Source: Octopus sinensis (taxonomy: Eukaryota). From it: a stretch of 64,000 bases of DNA. The notes under the pieces were generated by a model that saw only the letters and a list, made by a program, of their open reading frames with translations, was not told where the DNA came from and did no database searches. The first letter of the stretch is position 1, and each line of letters starts with the position of its first letter. The stretch lies in assembly GCF_006345805.1 (NCBI RefSeq), contig NC_043012.1, positions 23,808,001 to 23,872,000 of the forward strand, in the 5' to 3' direction. Position numbers and translations under genes: made by a program. Shown here piece after piece: positions 12,668 through 27,216 of this stretch.

Positions 12668-12985
12668 CAAACAACAACAATAACAACAACAACCAATAAA
12701 CAAGTCTTGAAAGTTTCCAATGAGCAGAATCTCTGTTTGGTTTCTTCTTGATTCTCTCAACTGTAAAAACATGGATTCTTCAGATTCTTCAAATTTCCTC
12801 TCTGTTTTACTTTTTTTTTTTTAATGTTGTCTAGAATGTTTACTAGCCTTCCCCCCTCTCCCCCACCATTTATTTTCAAATCTTCAAACTTAATTTATGG
12901 AGTGGGTGTTGGTTAATTTAGCAACGGAACCCTAATCAGCATGGCTACATTTAACTAATACTAAGTTTCTTACCCACACACACAC

Positions 12986-13016
<31 letters not shown>

Positions 13017-13855
13017 CGTGTGTATATATGTACATGTATGGCTGTATAGTTAGCTGGTGCATGCCTGTATGCGTACATGCATACCCGTACACAAATATAT
13101 ACATATTTGCACACACAGACACACACACACACACACACAGACATACATGCCTAACTTTATCTGTATGTATGTTGGTTGTTGGTGTACATATGGCTGAGCT
13201 TTTGAAACAAACAAAGAAAAAAATACAGCAAAAAATTAGAAGAAAATTTTATGCCCCACCTTCACCTCACACACCACAAAAAAATTAAAATTAGAAAGAA
13301 ATTTGGAAAAAATATAAATAAAAAATGTAAAAACAAAAAAAATGTTGAAGAAGTGGCAGGAATTAGCTTTCACCAAATGACTAATATGTCTTTGAGAAAA
13401 TGTCTGGAATATCTGATTAATCTTGTTTACACAACAAGTTTTATATTATTTGGTGCCGTACACCTTCGTTCATTTACTTATTTACTTACATTCTTATTTT
13501 ACAGCCATTCTTCGATTCGTGCCCACCACCACGAAAATGAAATAAAACATCATCATTATTATTGTTGTTGTTGTTGTTGTCTCATAAGCGATGGAGCACA
13601 GTCAAGAAATTTAAGGCTTAATTGGATTAAGAACCAGGTTTCTGTAGATTGGAATCAGCTCCTGATTTTTTGTCAACACAGAGAAGAAAAAAATAATGGA
13701 AGAAATCATGCTAAACGTGCAAAAATGAAAAAAATTATATATGTGCATGTGTGTATATATGTCCAAGAGAGTGTGTATGTGTGTGTTATCATATAAAATG
13801 TGCATGAGTTCAAATGAGTGTAGTTAAAAAACTAAGGTCACACACACACACACAG

Positions 13856-13887
<32 letters not shown>

Positions 13888-14214
13888 ATATATATATACA
13901 TATATATATATATACATGAAGCACATGACAGCCTCATTGTCTTCATGTTTATTCTTGAACTATTACGAAAAGAAGAGAAGAATTATATAAGTTCTCTTTT
14001 TACGAATATATTGTGTGTGTGTGTGTGTGTGTGTGTGTGCAAACCTGGGAGATTGTGGGTGTGTAAGATTGTCTGTATGCAGATTTGAAACCTGGACTTC
14101 AAAGATGGTTTCGGATGGTGGTTCCACATGACAGAAAACATCAAGGTTCTCGTCAGAAGTTATCACACACTATGAAAGATAAGCTCAAAAATTATACTTA
14201 TGTACAATAATTCT

Positions 14215-14475
14215 TTCTACTACGAGTACAGGGCCTGAAATTTGGAGAGACAGGGGCAAGTCATTACATCGACCCCAGGCCTCAACTGGTAATTTATTTC
14301 ATCAACTCCAAAAGAATGCAAACAAAATTGAGCCTGGCAGAATTTCAGCTGAGGTTGGCTTCGCTTTTAAGCTTTCAAGGTCGATAGAATGAGTACCAGT
14401 CAAGTACTGGGGTCAATGTAACTGACTGTACTCTTCACCAAATTTCAGACCTTGTGCTTAGAGTAGAAAGAATTA
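14215..14475. mobile_element. Two SINE family B 3' halves joined in opposite orientations
   Basis: Minus-strand fragment 14215-14345 abuts a plus-strand fragment 14350-14475. Confidence 0.65.
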
Positions 14476-14532
14476 TTGCCAAAATTTATATACAATAATA
14501 ACTGAAAAAAATATTCACACACACGTAGTTAA

Positions 14533-14870
14533 GACACCCGTGCCGGTGACATGTAAAAAGCACCGTCCGAAAGTGACAGATGCCAGCGCCGCCTGACTGG
14601 CATCCGTGTCAGTGACACATAAAAGCACCAACCAATCATGGCTGTTTGCCAGCCTCATCTGGCCCCTGTGCCGGTGGCACGTAAAAAACACTCACTACAT
14701 TCATGGAGTGGTTGGCATTAGGAAGAGCATCTAGCTGTAGAAACACTGCCAAATCAGACTAGAGCCTGGTGCAGACTCCATGGCTTCCAGACCCTGGTCG
14801 AACCATCCAACCCATGCTAGCATGGAAAACGGACATTAAATGATGATGATGATAATGATGATGATGATGA
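14533..14870 (+). mobile_element. RTE-type LINE 3' end
   Basis: gtgccggtggcacgtaaaa repeats, ggagtggttggcattaggaag, (GAT)n tail. Confidence 0.78.
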
Positions 14871-14949
14871 CACACAAATACATATATGTGAGGCCATGAA
14901 CACAAAAAGAGACAATACAAGAGGGACAAGTCTTAAATGTTGTACTGGT

Positions 14950-15172
14950 TTAACACTTTAGCATTCACATTACTGTCAAATGTAATGCTAATTTATTTAC
15001 GTCGTTTTGAATTAATAATGCATTATCTCATAACTTTGAGATGTCAATGATTTTCTAGTTAATCTTTAGAATGACATTGCAGAGTAGATGTGGGAGGCTG
15101 GATATTGCCAGTGTGAACATTAAACAAGTAGAATATTTGGGTCTGATACAGCTGTTTTAAATGTTGCAAGAT
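14950..15172 (+). mobile_element. piggyBac-like MITE, diverged (same family as 53683-53911; partial minus copy at 16200-16345)
   Basis: Starts ttaacactttagcatt; body matches 53683-53911. Confidence 0.6.
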
Positions 15173-15269
15173 AAAGGCTTAAAAAGAAGGGAGTCTTGAT
15201 GTTTTGGACACTAGTCCTTCATCACAAAAATAAATGAGAAAAGAGGGTCGGGAAAAAGAGGGCGTTTGG

Positions 15270-15440
15270 AACACACACACATATATATGATGGGCTTCCA
15301 CACAGATTTTGTCTACCAAATTCACTCACAAACCTAGGGTTATATAGTAGAAGACACTTGCCCAAAGTGCCATGAAGTGGGATTGAACCTGAAAGCACAT
15401 GGTTGCAAGATGAGCTTCTTAACCACTCAGCCATACCTGT
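15270..15440 (-). mobile_element. SINE family A 5' part
   Basis: agaagacacttgcccaa...gtgggattgaacc...aaccactcagccat. Confidence 0.75.
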
Positions 15441-16345
15441 ACGTAAAATATTTAAAAAAAACTGTTATGGATTCATATCTATTAAATTTTTACTTGAATG
15501 TGTTTTATGTCCATAAAACAGAAAATAATTGGAAATGACTTGGATCATCATCAGCAACAGCATCATCGTCAGCAGCATTTATATTAATTCTTTTCTTTTT
15601 ACTTGATTTACAGTCGGACATGATAACTACATCTATAAAGAACTACAGAAATCTGAGACCAACCAAGATTTTAAGTCTAGAACTTTTAAGACAAATTCAG
15701 TGAAATGGTAATGGTGACTGGCATTTTAGCTCACACACTAGGTTTAATCCTTAGAAGACTTTTAGAAATGTGAAAAACTTAGGCAGATCAAATATTTTCA
15801 CAAATTAGGTCATTATAAAATCTTTGCACCGTTTTCAATTTGTTTAGCTATAGTTCTATATATTTGAAAAACTACAACTCTATGTGTAATTCTTTAAACC
15901 TGTAAAACTAGAGTTGAATGTTAAGTTCTATACATTTCTAGAACTATAGTTTTGCATAATTGTATAAATATGTGTGTGTGTGTGCATGAAAGTATTAGAA
16001 TTTTTCTGTCAAAAAGGATAAGTGAAAATATGTATTCTATTTTTAAATAGGTTTATTTTTGAGTTTTTGATTTTCAACAAGTCCCCAACATCAAATATAA
16101 ACTGAAATCCTGAAGTTATGCATTTTGCAGCTGATTTTCAATTACACCAGGATTAACATTAATCCTCTTTAGAATGACAGTTGGCTGAATGATGTCTACA
16201 TCTAGCCAGATCTGGCCTCTCAAGCTTATCCTACAATGTCATTCTAAAAAATAAGCAACCACATGATTAAAATCTTGACACTATGAGATAATCCATGATT
16301 AACTGAAAACAATGTGAATAAATAAGCACTACATTTAACAGAGTA

Positions 16346-16525
16346 ATCATCATCATTTATCATCATTGTTTAACGTCCGTTTTCCGCGCTAGTACGGGTT
16401 GGACGGTTTGACCGGGGTCTGGGAAGCCAGGGTATGCACCAGGCTCCAGTCTGATCTGGCAGTGTTTCTACAGCTGGATACCTTTCCTAACGCCAACCAC
16501 TCCGCGAGTGTAGTGGGTGCTTTTA
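16346..16525 (-). mobile_element. RTE-type LINE 3' end
   Basis: Reverse complement of the 3514-type sequence with (CAT)n. Confidence 0.78.
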
Positions 16526-17798
16526 GGGGATAATACAGTACAAAGACCCCTGTTTTATAGAAATCGAAAATATCCTAAAGAAAATATTTTCTGTCCAAAG
16601 TCTTGAAGAAAATGAATTTTTTTTTTCTCACTTTGTTTCCAAAAATCAAGGGATGTCCAATACCAACATGTTAAACTGCTACAGTGACTGTCTGTGGCCA
16701 ATATATTTATTTGATTTCATATTGCAAATTGGCTAACAATTCTATCATTGATCACAATTTTCAAGAGGACCAACCATTGGTTCGCCATATTCTCTGACAG
16801 CAACATTAACAAGGAAATATTTATTTGTAACTCAGTGTAAAGGAATACATTCTTGCAAAGAATTCTTGAAGAGAATTGTTTTGTTTTTTGTTTTTGCTTT
16901 TAATGCGATGAGCCCATGCCTACATATCCACTGATCCATAACTAAATGGTGATTCCTCATTATCTAATTAACCATTTAAAGACCATATTTCTAATAGAAT
17001 ATACACTTTACTACATCTAAATGCGACAGACTTTCGCACAATTTCCTTCTTCGAAATTCCTTTTGCAAAGCAGTGGTCTTCTAGAGATTATGGTAGAAGA
17101 CACTTGCCCAAGTTATTGTGCAATGGCATCAAGCCTGGAACCACACAATTTTGAAGCAAAGTTTTGAGACTAACAGACATGGTTACACCAATTAGTAACA
17201 CATTGGTCCAGTCTACTAAGACAGAGAAAAAGCACCAGCAGGAGACGGCAGGATTGATTTCCAATCAAAAACCCTTACAAGATGGAATCAATCAATAAAG
17301 GGCTTTTGGTATTCTGTTATTTTACTACTTCATCAGTTTCATAACAACCACAGCAACAACAATTGTGGGCCTCTAACATAGGCATAGCCTCACACACTGT
17401 TGATAAATGATTAAAAGCAATAGTTGAAGGGAAATAAGATGCACTTTCTTCCCTGCCACCAAATATCCTCTCAAAAATCACACCATGTCATATATTCAAA
17501 GTTGTGCAAAGTTACAAGCTTTAACACTGCTGAAATTGCGGTTTGTCTAATATGCCTGTGCATTTCTTATGCCATCAAATTTGGCACATGCTTCATACAA
17601 GGTCACGTGTTTTATGAGAGACAGCTGTTGATAAAAGTACTTCACCTGATTACAATTTTTCAAAACACAGACCAGCCGAGTAAAAATCAAAGTAATTATT
17701 TCACAAGGCCACACATCGCCAGGGGAGAGAACTGTTGATTAGAAAACTTAGTGCAAGTGCTTCACAGACTCTTACATAGTTAGGAAACATCGGATGAT

Positions 17799-18064
17799 AC
17801 AGTTCTATATTTAAGAGATGAAAAATTATGTACATTATTTACATTTGACGGATATTTGTCCTCATCTTGTTTGTTGTTTGTTGTTTTTGGTTGACAAACC
17901 CTCCAGCCTTCATCGGGTGTCTTGGGGAAATTTTGAATCTGGGTTCTCATTCCTAAGGTATTTTTCGATATTATTATTATCATTATTCAGGTCACTGCCT
18001 GGAATCGAACTTGGAATCTTGGGGTTAGTAGCCAGCACTCTTAACCACCATGCCATATGCCCGT
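17799..18064 (-). mobile_element. tRNA-headed SINE whose tail contains a decayed hammerhead motif
   Basis: Minus strand: A-box tggcatggtgg and B-box gttcgattcc (18064-17995), then acac-CCGATGA-a-ggctgg...tcaacc-AAAA at 17920-17884. Confidence 0.6.
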
Positions 18065-18788
18065 GGGCAATTATGGAGTGAATTTTTTAGAGTTTATATG
18101 TAAATAATGAACATCAGATGAATTTGAAAAGTATTTGAAAAGGTCATAGATTTTTAAGGAAGAGAAAAGTTGATTAAAATAAAACCAAGTACTTCAATGG
18201 TACTATATCTTACTGAAACACTAGAAGGATGAAAGACAAAGACACTCTCAGTTTTGAGATTTGAAAGTTAAGAATATAAAGAGACAGAACTATATTTTCA
18301 GAAGACAGCTTGTCTACCACTGTACCAATTCCACTATCTGTATTTCTTACACTGGTTTAAACCTTTAAATTTGTAGAGAAATCGGTACCGATACAAAGGA
18401 ACTGACCCAGTCTTTCAGACATTAGTTCCTTTTTTTTTTATTTTTCTTAAAGCCCAAGAGAATTACAATTTAAAAATTGATCTAACATGGTTTTGAAATG
18501 AAAGTGTAATGGGATATAGTTATAAATAAAATGGAATTTATTTGGGCATCCTACTGCTCTTAGCATCCTCATGCCTATAATAATAATAATAACCATAAAA
18601 AAAAGAATACAGAAAATAATAACAACATCAAACAAACAAACAAACCAATTCTATACATACTAAAATCATTTTTTTCCAATTTAGGAAGACAAAGAAGAAA
18701 TATTTATTTTTTTTTTCAATTTACAGAAGAAAAAAACTTCAGTGGAGTTAAATATATAATAAACAAATATAATCATCTGCACCCCACC

Positions 18789-18829
<41 letters not shown>

Positions 18830-18866
<37 letters not shown>

Positions 18867-18867
18867 A

Positions 18868-18904
<37 letters not shown>

Positions 18905-18952
18905 TATAATATATATATATATATAATGTGTTATATATAATATATATATATA

Positions 18953-18984
<32 letters not shown>

Positions 18985-18987
18985 GTA

Positions 18988-19050
<63 letters not shown>

Positions 19051-19097
19051 GTATATATGTGTATATATATATCTATATATCTATATATATATATGTA

Positions 19098-19137
<40 letters not shown>

Positions 19138-19180
19138 GTATATATATATATATGTATATAATTATATATATATGTATAGA

Positions 19181-19213
<33 letters not shown>

Positions 19214-19343
19214 TGTATGATATATCTATTATATATGTATGTATATATATATATGTATGTATATATATATATATATGTGTATATTATATATATATGGTAT
19301 GTATATATATATATATATGTGTTATATATTATATATATAAGTG

Positions 19344-19429
<86 letters not shown>

Positions 19430-19439
19430 GATATATATG

Positions 19440-19505
<66 letters not shown>

Positions 19506-19715
19506 TATATATATATATATATATATATATGATATATATATTATATATATGTATTATATATATAATAGATATGATTATATATTATATATATATATAGTTA
19601 TATATAATATTATGTTATATATATATATATATATATGTATATTATATATATATATATATATATTATAATATATATACATATATATGTGTATATATATATA
19701 TATATATTATATATA
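18830..19715. repeat. Long degenerate (TA)n/(TG) microsatellite preceded by (CT)n
   Basis: About 880 bp consisting almost entirely of TA repeats. Confidence 0.95.
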
Positions 19716-20070
19716 CCCACAGAAAGTTTAGTTCACAAACAAATTTAATATCTATGGATATATCATTATGGTACTACAGTCAAGAGGAATGGAGAGAGGA
19801 TGAGAGTGTGTGCATGATAGAAGGAGAGAGAGGAGGGAGAGAGAGAGCAGAAGAAAATGGGTGATGCTGATAAAGAGGAAGTATATTGAAGAGAGAGAAA
19901 ATGAAAATGAATGAAAAAGACAAAGAAAAACAGAGAGAGAGAGAGAGGGGATGGGACAGAGATAGGGCATTTATGAGAAAGGACAAGAAAGAGAGAGAAA
20001 GTCAGAAAATGAGTTTGATAAAAAGAGGGCATCAAAGAGTGAGAGATATATTGAAAGAGAGAGAGTAAGA

Positions 20071-20275
20071 GTAACAAGGATAAAGAGAGGGACAGCGAGA
20101 AAGAGAATGTGTGAGAAATTGATAGAGAGAGAGAGAGAGAGAGAAAGAAAAGGATTTTAGAGACTGAATGATTGTGTGTGTGTGTGTGAAACAGAGAGAG
20201 GGAGAGAGAGAGGGGGAAGAGAGTGAGAGTGACAAGGATGAAGAGAGGGACAGCGAGAAAGAGAATGTGTGAGAA

Positions 20276-20314
<39 letters not shown>

Positions 20315-20438
20315 TTTTAGAGACTGAATGTTTGTGTGTGTGTGTGTGTGAAACAGAGAGAGGGAGAGAGAGAGGGGTGAAGAGAGTGAGAGTGACAAGG
20401 ATGAAGAGAGGGACAGCGAGAAAGAGAACGTGTGAGAA

Positions 20439-20475
<37 letters not shown>

Positions 20476-20560
20476 TTTTAGAGACTGAATGTTTGTGTGT
20501 GTGCGTGTGTGTATGTGAGAGTGTGTGTGTGAAACAGAGAGAGAGCGAGGGAGAGTGACA
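20071..20560. repeat. Minisatellite, 3 x ~160 bp, with embedded (GA)n/(TG)n
   Basis: The unit acaaggat...gagggacagcgagaaagagaa...ggattttagagactgaatg starts at ~20071, ~20229 and ~20392. Confidence 0.9.
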
Positions 20561-21189
20561 AATCAAGAGAGAGAGTTTATGGTGAATGTTCTGGAAGTGT
20601 TTGAAAATTGCTGATATTTACTCCTCTTCTTCTTCCTCCTCCTCCTACACCCCCACCACCACCACCAAACCAACTTTTTCACCACCCGCCCACCTACCCA
20701 CCCAACACCTCCATCATTCATCTTTAATCGGTTGAATTGCTAGATATAGTAGAAAATGAGGGTATTTTTAGCCAATACCTTTTATATTTTTATTTCTATG
20801 TGTATTTTTTTGAAAACACTTGCAACCACTTCTTGGCAGATAGTCAAGTCTTGAAGCGGTGGTGGTGGTGGTGGTAATGGAGGGGGGGTTCTCTTTTTGT
20901 TTGTTTGTTTGTATGTCTGTTTTGTTTGTTTCCTTTTCTGTGTCCCTCTTTATAATGTTGTTTACTTATAGCTGTCTTGTCTCCTATCAGTTCTTTCCTC
21001 CAAAGCCACCCTACCCCTGCTCATCCATCCAGTCTCCATCTACCCATCATTCTCCCCCAAGAACTCAGAAACCAGCCCAGCTTTTGCATCATTCTTCTTT
21101 CTTATATACTTTGCCTTATACAACAGTTTCTCTTAGAATTTTCCTTGCTTTATTATTATTATTATTAGTAGTAGTAGTATTATTATTAG

Positions 21190-21715
21190 GGCAATGAGCT
21201 GGCAGAATTGCTAACATATTGGAGAAAAATGCCCAACAGCATTTATTCCAGTTTCGCATTCTGAGTTCAAATTCCATCAAGGTCAATAAAATAAGTACCA
21301 GTTGAGCACTTGATCTGGTATAATTTACTTACCCCTTCCATGGCAGCATTTTGTCTGTTCTTAAGTTCTGAGTTCAAACGCTACCAAAGTCAACTTTGCC
21401 TTTCATCCTTTCAGGGTTGATGAAATAAGTACCAGTTGTGTACTGGGTGAGGGGATCAATGTAATCAACAAGTCATCCCACCTCCCCACAAAATTTTAGG
21501 CATTGTGCCTCAGAATTGGCAGCACATGGGGCAAAATGCTGCTAAGCATTTTGTCTACTTTTATGTTGTGAGTTCAAATCCTGACAAGGTTTACTTTGTT
21601 TTTGTTACCCTTTCAAGGGTTGATAAAATAAATATCAGTTGAGCACTGAGGTTGATATAGTCAACTTATCCCCTCCCACGAAATTGCTGGCCTTGTGCCG
21701 AAATTCGAAACCATT
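21190..21715 (+). mobile_element. Three tandem SINE family B copies or fragments
   Basis: ttctgagttcaaa...ataaaataagtaccag repeated at ~21260, ~21366 and ~21570, bordered by (TAT)n. Confidence 0.75.
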
Positions 21716-22745
21716 ATTATTGCTGTTGTTGTTGTTTTTATTGATGGTGTTGTTGCTGTTATTGCTCATAGTTTCAGAAATACTTAAAGAGGTTCCCTTC
21801 TTGAAGCAAGAGTTTAGTTACATCTTGGAGAAAATGCTCTGAAGTGTTGAATGGTTTAACAAGGATTATCATCATCATTATGTTGTAATCTATACCAACA
21901 TGTTGGCTTTCCATGTTGGTACTGATTAAATGGTGCAGGGGATCATTTCTGCTCCCCTTGATGAGATGTAAGAACCACATCTTACTCAGGAGTATCGTTT
22001 ATGAATTGGTTTCTACCAAGAGCAGAAAGCCCTTCCCCACACTGACTTGTTATAGAGGCTTGTGGGTACTCTTTCTCATGGCATCAGCACTAGGAAAGTC
22101 ATTACATCTTTGACAATGCTAAAAGATCCCCGTGACCCAAAGGATATTGAGACATTCAACAGAAAACAGGCTGTTTTAGAACCAGATGTTAACTTCTTAA
22201 AGTCTCTGGCAAGATTTTGTTGCAAGAATTTTCTTGCTGGTTATATTATCAATTTGTAACTGGTAGTTTAGTATCTCTTTCTTTTCCAATCCCTCATAAC
22301 CAATAGCAACATGTACCTCAACTGGATTAACATGGGTCGAAACAATTAAGGACAACATTAGCCACAATTTTTTTTCATTGTTCCCTCGACACTCGGCAAT
22401 CCCCTAGCACAGGATCTTCATGAGATTTACAGCTGTTTCGATGTCAGACTGCGTAGCACGTACTTTCTTTTTTCTTTCTTTTTTACAAGCTGGTGCCATG
22501 TAAAAATCATCCGGTACAATCCTATAAAGTGGCTGATAATAGCAAGAGCATCCAGCTGTAGACATCATGCCAAAACAGAGCTTGAGGCCTGACACAGTCC
22601 TCTGGATTTTTGCCACCTTCTTAACTATCAAACCGATGTAGGAATGCGAAATGGACTTTAAAGGATGAGGATGGTGATGATTTCTCATATTCCTGTTTAC
22701 AGAATCTAGTCCAGCTATGCTCCATGCAAATCCAACAAAGTCATA

Positions 22746-23088
22746 GACAGGAGTGGCTGTGTGGTAAGTAGCTTGCTAACCAACCACATGGTTCCGGGTT
22801 CAGTCCCACTGTGTGGCATCTTGAGCAAGTGTCTTCTGCTATAGCCCCGGGCCGACCAATACCTTGTGAGTGGATTTGGTAGACGGAAACTGAAAGAAGC
22901 CTGTCGTATATATGTATATTTATGTATGTGTGTGTCTGTGTTTGACCCCTAGCATTGCTTGACAACCGATGCTGGTGTGTTTATGTCCCCGTCACTTAGC
23001 GGTTCGGGAAAAGAGACCGATAGAATAAGTACTGGGCTTACGAAGAATAAGTCCCGGGGTTGATTTGCTCGACTAAAGGCGGTGCTCC
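22746..23088 (+). mobile_element. SINE family A, near full-length
   Basis: Near-identical to 8955-9371. Confidence 0.88.
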
Positions 23089-23139
23089 ATCAAAGCTGGA
23101 ACTGTAAATGAGTTGGTGCTGCACGGTGATTATTGGCAC

Positions 23140-23335
23140 AGAATCATTCAAGGATCAGAGAAAATGCCTTGTCTTTTTCCTAACTTTTTTAGGTTCTGAG
23201 TTCAAATCCTGATGTCAACTTTACCTTTCATCTCTCTAGGGCCAATAAAATACAATACCAGTAAAATACTCGAGGTGATGGTAACCTCCAAATCTTTCCC
23301 ACCAAAATTGTTAGTCTGGTGCCAAAATCGAAAAC

Positions 23336-23378
<43 letters not shown>

Positions 23379-23622
23379 GAAGACAGTGAAATGGTAGAAT
23401 CGTTAGCACACCTGGAGAAATGCTTAGCTGCATTTCACCCGCCTAAATGTTCCGAGTTCAAATTCCACCGAGGTCGGCTTTGCCCTTCATCCTTTCGGGG
23501 TCGATAAATTAAGTACCAGTGGAGTACTTGGGTCAAAAATCACCTGGCCCCGTCCTCCAAAATTTCAGACCTTGTGCCTAGAGTAGAAAGAATTACTATT
23601 ATTATTATTATTATTATTATTA

Positions 23623-23654
<32 letters not shown>

Positions 23655-24325
23655 TTTTGACCATTGCTACATTCTGAGTTCAAATTCTGCTGCGGTTGAC
23701 TTTGCCTTTTGTCCTTTTGGGGTTGATAAAATAAGTACCAACTGAACACTGGGGTCGATGTAATCAACTCATCCCCTCCCCCAAAATTGCTACCCTTGTG
23801 GCAAAATTTGAAACCATTATAGTTGTTATCATTATTATTATTATTATTATTATTACTATTATCATGTGGGGCAAAATACCCAGCGCCAACGATGACTTTG
23901 CTTTCACACAATTAGGATCAATAAAATAAGTACCAGTAGAACACTGAGGTCAATGTAATTGACCAGCCCCCACCCCACCCCTACATTGTTAGCCTCCTAT
24001 TAATAGTAGAAAGAGTTATTATTATTATTATCATTAACAAGAAGGCCAGCGAACTGGCAGAATCATTAAGCATGCCAGACAAAATGCTGAGCGGCATGTA
24101 GCCTGCTGTTACATTCTGAGTTCAAATTCTGCTGAGGCTGACTTTATCTTTCATCCTTTCAGGGTCGATAAACTAAGTACCAGTGAAGCTCTGGGGTTGA
24201 TGTAATCAACAAGTTCCCGCCCCACAAATTTCAGACTTTGTGCCTTTAGTAGAAAGGATTATTATTATGAAGGCGGCAAACCAGCAGAATTGTTAACATG
24301 TCAGAGGAAATGTTTAGGGGTATTT
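23140..24325 (+). mobile_element. Array of about 6 same-orientation SINE family B copies separated by (TAT)n
   Basis: Units at ~23140, 23380, 23660, 23870, 24040 and 24268; all but the last end in a TAT repeat. Confidence 0.8.
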
Positions 24326-25127
24326 CTTTCAGATCTTAATCTTCATTAATCAAAGCTGCTTACCATTAAAATGTGGAAGAAACAATTTCTCAATCCAGAG
24401 AACCTTGTATCAGAATGCTCACACCAATTCCATAATTGCAATTAGAACTCTGAGTAAATGATTCATGAGTGGAATGCCTCTGTGCTGCAGTTCTTTAACT
24501 CAAGTGGAAGGAGAATGGATGTCTAAGACTACTCAAAAACAAGAACTAAAATGCTAAGAAACATTCAAGAGAACTTTTGTAATGCTTAGTTAAATCAAGG
24601 AATGCACAATATATACACACATATAGACAGATAGATGGATAGACAGACAGAGAGATAGAAAAATAGATATAGATAGATAGATAGATAGATAGATGGAAAG
24701 AGAGAGAGAGAGAGAGAGGGAAAGGGGAGAGATGCACAGATTTTCAGATATAAGAGGCCGATGGGATAATTTTTTTTTTCTGAGAATATTCTTAATAATA
24801 AACCATTTTTACGAATTTCTTTTGTGTATTTTTATTCTCAAAGGGAAGTTAAGAAAGCGAGAAGGCAAAGAAAGAAAACAAAGACAAAGAAAGGAGAAAT
24901 ATTAACATATAAGTATCATCATCATCATGAACAAAATCATCACCATCATCATCATCTTGAGTTTCATCTAGTTTCCATTTTGTTTTGTTTTTGTTTTATT
25001 TCATTTCCAGGGAGAAGCCAGAGTTTGAAAAATAAGTTGGACATAACAAAAACAAAAAAACAAAGAAATAATGAGTGAATGAAAGAAAGACTCTAAAGAC
25101 AAACAATGTAATGAGCAAGTGTGTGTA

Positions 25128-25168
<41 letters not shown>

Positions 25169-25773
25169 ACGTGCTAGGGTATGCATGTGTTTGTGGATAC
25201 GTGTGTGCAAGATATGAATTTTATCATTTATAAAAAAAAAAAAATTTTCTACGTTGCTTCCTAGTTTTATTTTTACCATCTTACTAAATACTCTTCTTTT
25301 TACTTATTTTTAAAAAAAAATATTTATTCCGTTCTTTATTTCTGTGGTTCCAAAGCCGAGAAAGAAAGAAATTCTCTCATTAAGGGACTAACGAGTAAGA
25401 CAATGTGGAACCGATTAGCAAAATCGGTTGACTCCCTGAAGGGGGTAAATCAGCAGATCACAGGGCAATAATGTGAAGGTTCTTTGACCTCTGGGGTCAC
25501 AGAAGAATGCATGCAACACATTCTGGAAATATCTACAAACTCCCAGAACAACTGCCAGCAATAAGTGTGTGTGCATACATAAATACATACACACATACAA
25601 TCAACCACACACACACACACAGAAATATGCATCCACATGTACAAGTATCGATACACATTGTACACATGGACCCTCAACAATTCATATACATACATACATA
25701 TATATATATACATACACACACATATATATATATATATATATATGTTATATATATATATAATATATACATACAC

Positions 25774-25814
<41 letters not shown>

Positions 25815-25877
25815 TATACATACAACATATATATATATATATATGTATATATAATATATATATAATACATACACACC

Positions 25878-25915
<38 letters not shown>

Positions 25916-26022
25916 TATATACATACACACTATATATATATATATTATATATATATATATATATATACGTATACTTACACATATGCATACACAAAAATAT
26001 ATGCATATATGCTTTACACATG

Positions 26023-26074
<52 letters not shown>

Positions 26075-26080
26075 ATACAC

Positions 26081-26130
<50 letters not shown>

Positions 26131-26420
26131 GTATACTTACACATATGCATACACACAAACATATATGCATATATGCTTTACATGTGCATATATACATATA
26201 TATATATATATATTATGTGAAATAGAAAGATGAATAATCTTGTAGTAGATTAATCAAAAGTTTAACCGATACCTTAGTAGCAAAAATCACAGCAGTAAAC
26301 AGCACGGTTGGAGGTACAACCATATGGTGTTGCAACGTGCGTTGGTGCGGATAATTGAAATTAAACATTATTGGTGAATTGAAGAAATGGAGCTGAACGC
26401 AGATTGAACAGAAATCGTTT

Positions 26421-26513
26421 TATTTCATTCTACACGTGTTTCGAAAGGCACAAATTACCAAAATCCATTGAATAATGGGACCATATTGTGTCTTTCTCTT
26501 CAGGAAGAAAATA
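26421..26513 (-). ncRNA. Type I hammerhead ribozyme (mirror copy)
   Basis: Reverse complement of 27776-27869 with an intact core. Confidence 0.8.
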
Positions 26514-26871
26514 GGAAATCCGTTGGAAAAACAAAAACAGAACAGAGGCGGAGCAAAAACAAATCGAACTATGCTCCTAAGAGCCCATGGCGAAACTGTT
26601 TATCAGGTTATGCTGAGAACCGGTGGCTGAAGAATTTAACGGGTCAGGCATCGGTCAATCATGTGGGTGAGGGTGTGTGGGTGTCTTTGTGACCGAGAAT
26701 AAAGTTCTGACTATTTAAGGAATATTGGATGTTTTATAAGGGGTGAGAAAAAATCTACTTAGAGACGTGTGTGTGTGTATACTGTTCTATATATGTGTGT
26801 GTTGGCGTAGGGGTAGAAAACATTTTTTGTGTACGTGTGTGCGTTTGAGCGTTCGGCTGTCAGTGGCTACT

Positions 26872-27216
26872 TATGTAGGGGCCTCGTCCTCAAGATTGTC
26901 TTTGCATGTCTCCAACCATTACGCAACTTTTCGGGACATGAACAAGCGCCAGACCACGGGACTCAGTAAGCTAATATGGCGACTGAAGGATACGAACTTA
27001 AGCTACAGGCTGGAATGGTCAATTTTGTCGGTGGCCCTCCCATTTGATAGGGGCAGAAGGCAGTGCAACCTTTGTGTCTCCGAACTCTTCCATATTTTGT
27101 TTGCCAGAGGCCGGATGGTAAACGGGCTTTTACAGTCGGCTTTTCGATGCCCCCATTGGCGCGTTACACTTATCTGGCTTTTAAATAGCGTTTATAAAAT
27201 ATACCGGCACCCATAG
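26872..27216 (+). pseudogene. C-terminal GIY-YIG endonuclease fragment of a Penelope-like element
   Basis: YVG...NHYATF...LSKLIWRLK...Y-LEWSIL..A.PF....CNLC..E...N......CPH resembles PLE endonuclease C-termini. The upstream part of ORF 26743 is just inverted-arm sequence; the true fragment starts at the inversion junction. Confidence 0.8.

Noticed and set aside
25485-25499. TGACCT-ctg-GGGTCA nuclear-receptor-like everted repeat
   Set aside because: A single short motif that cannot be supported without conservation or binding data
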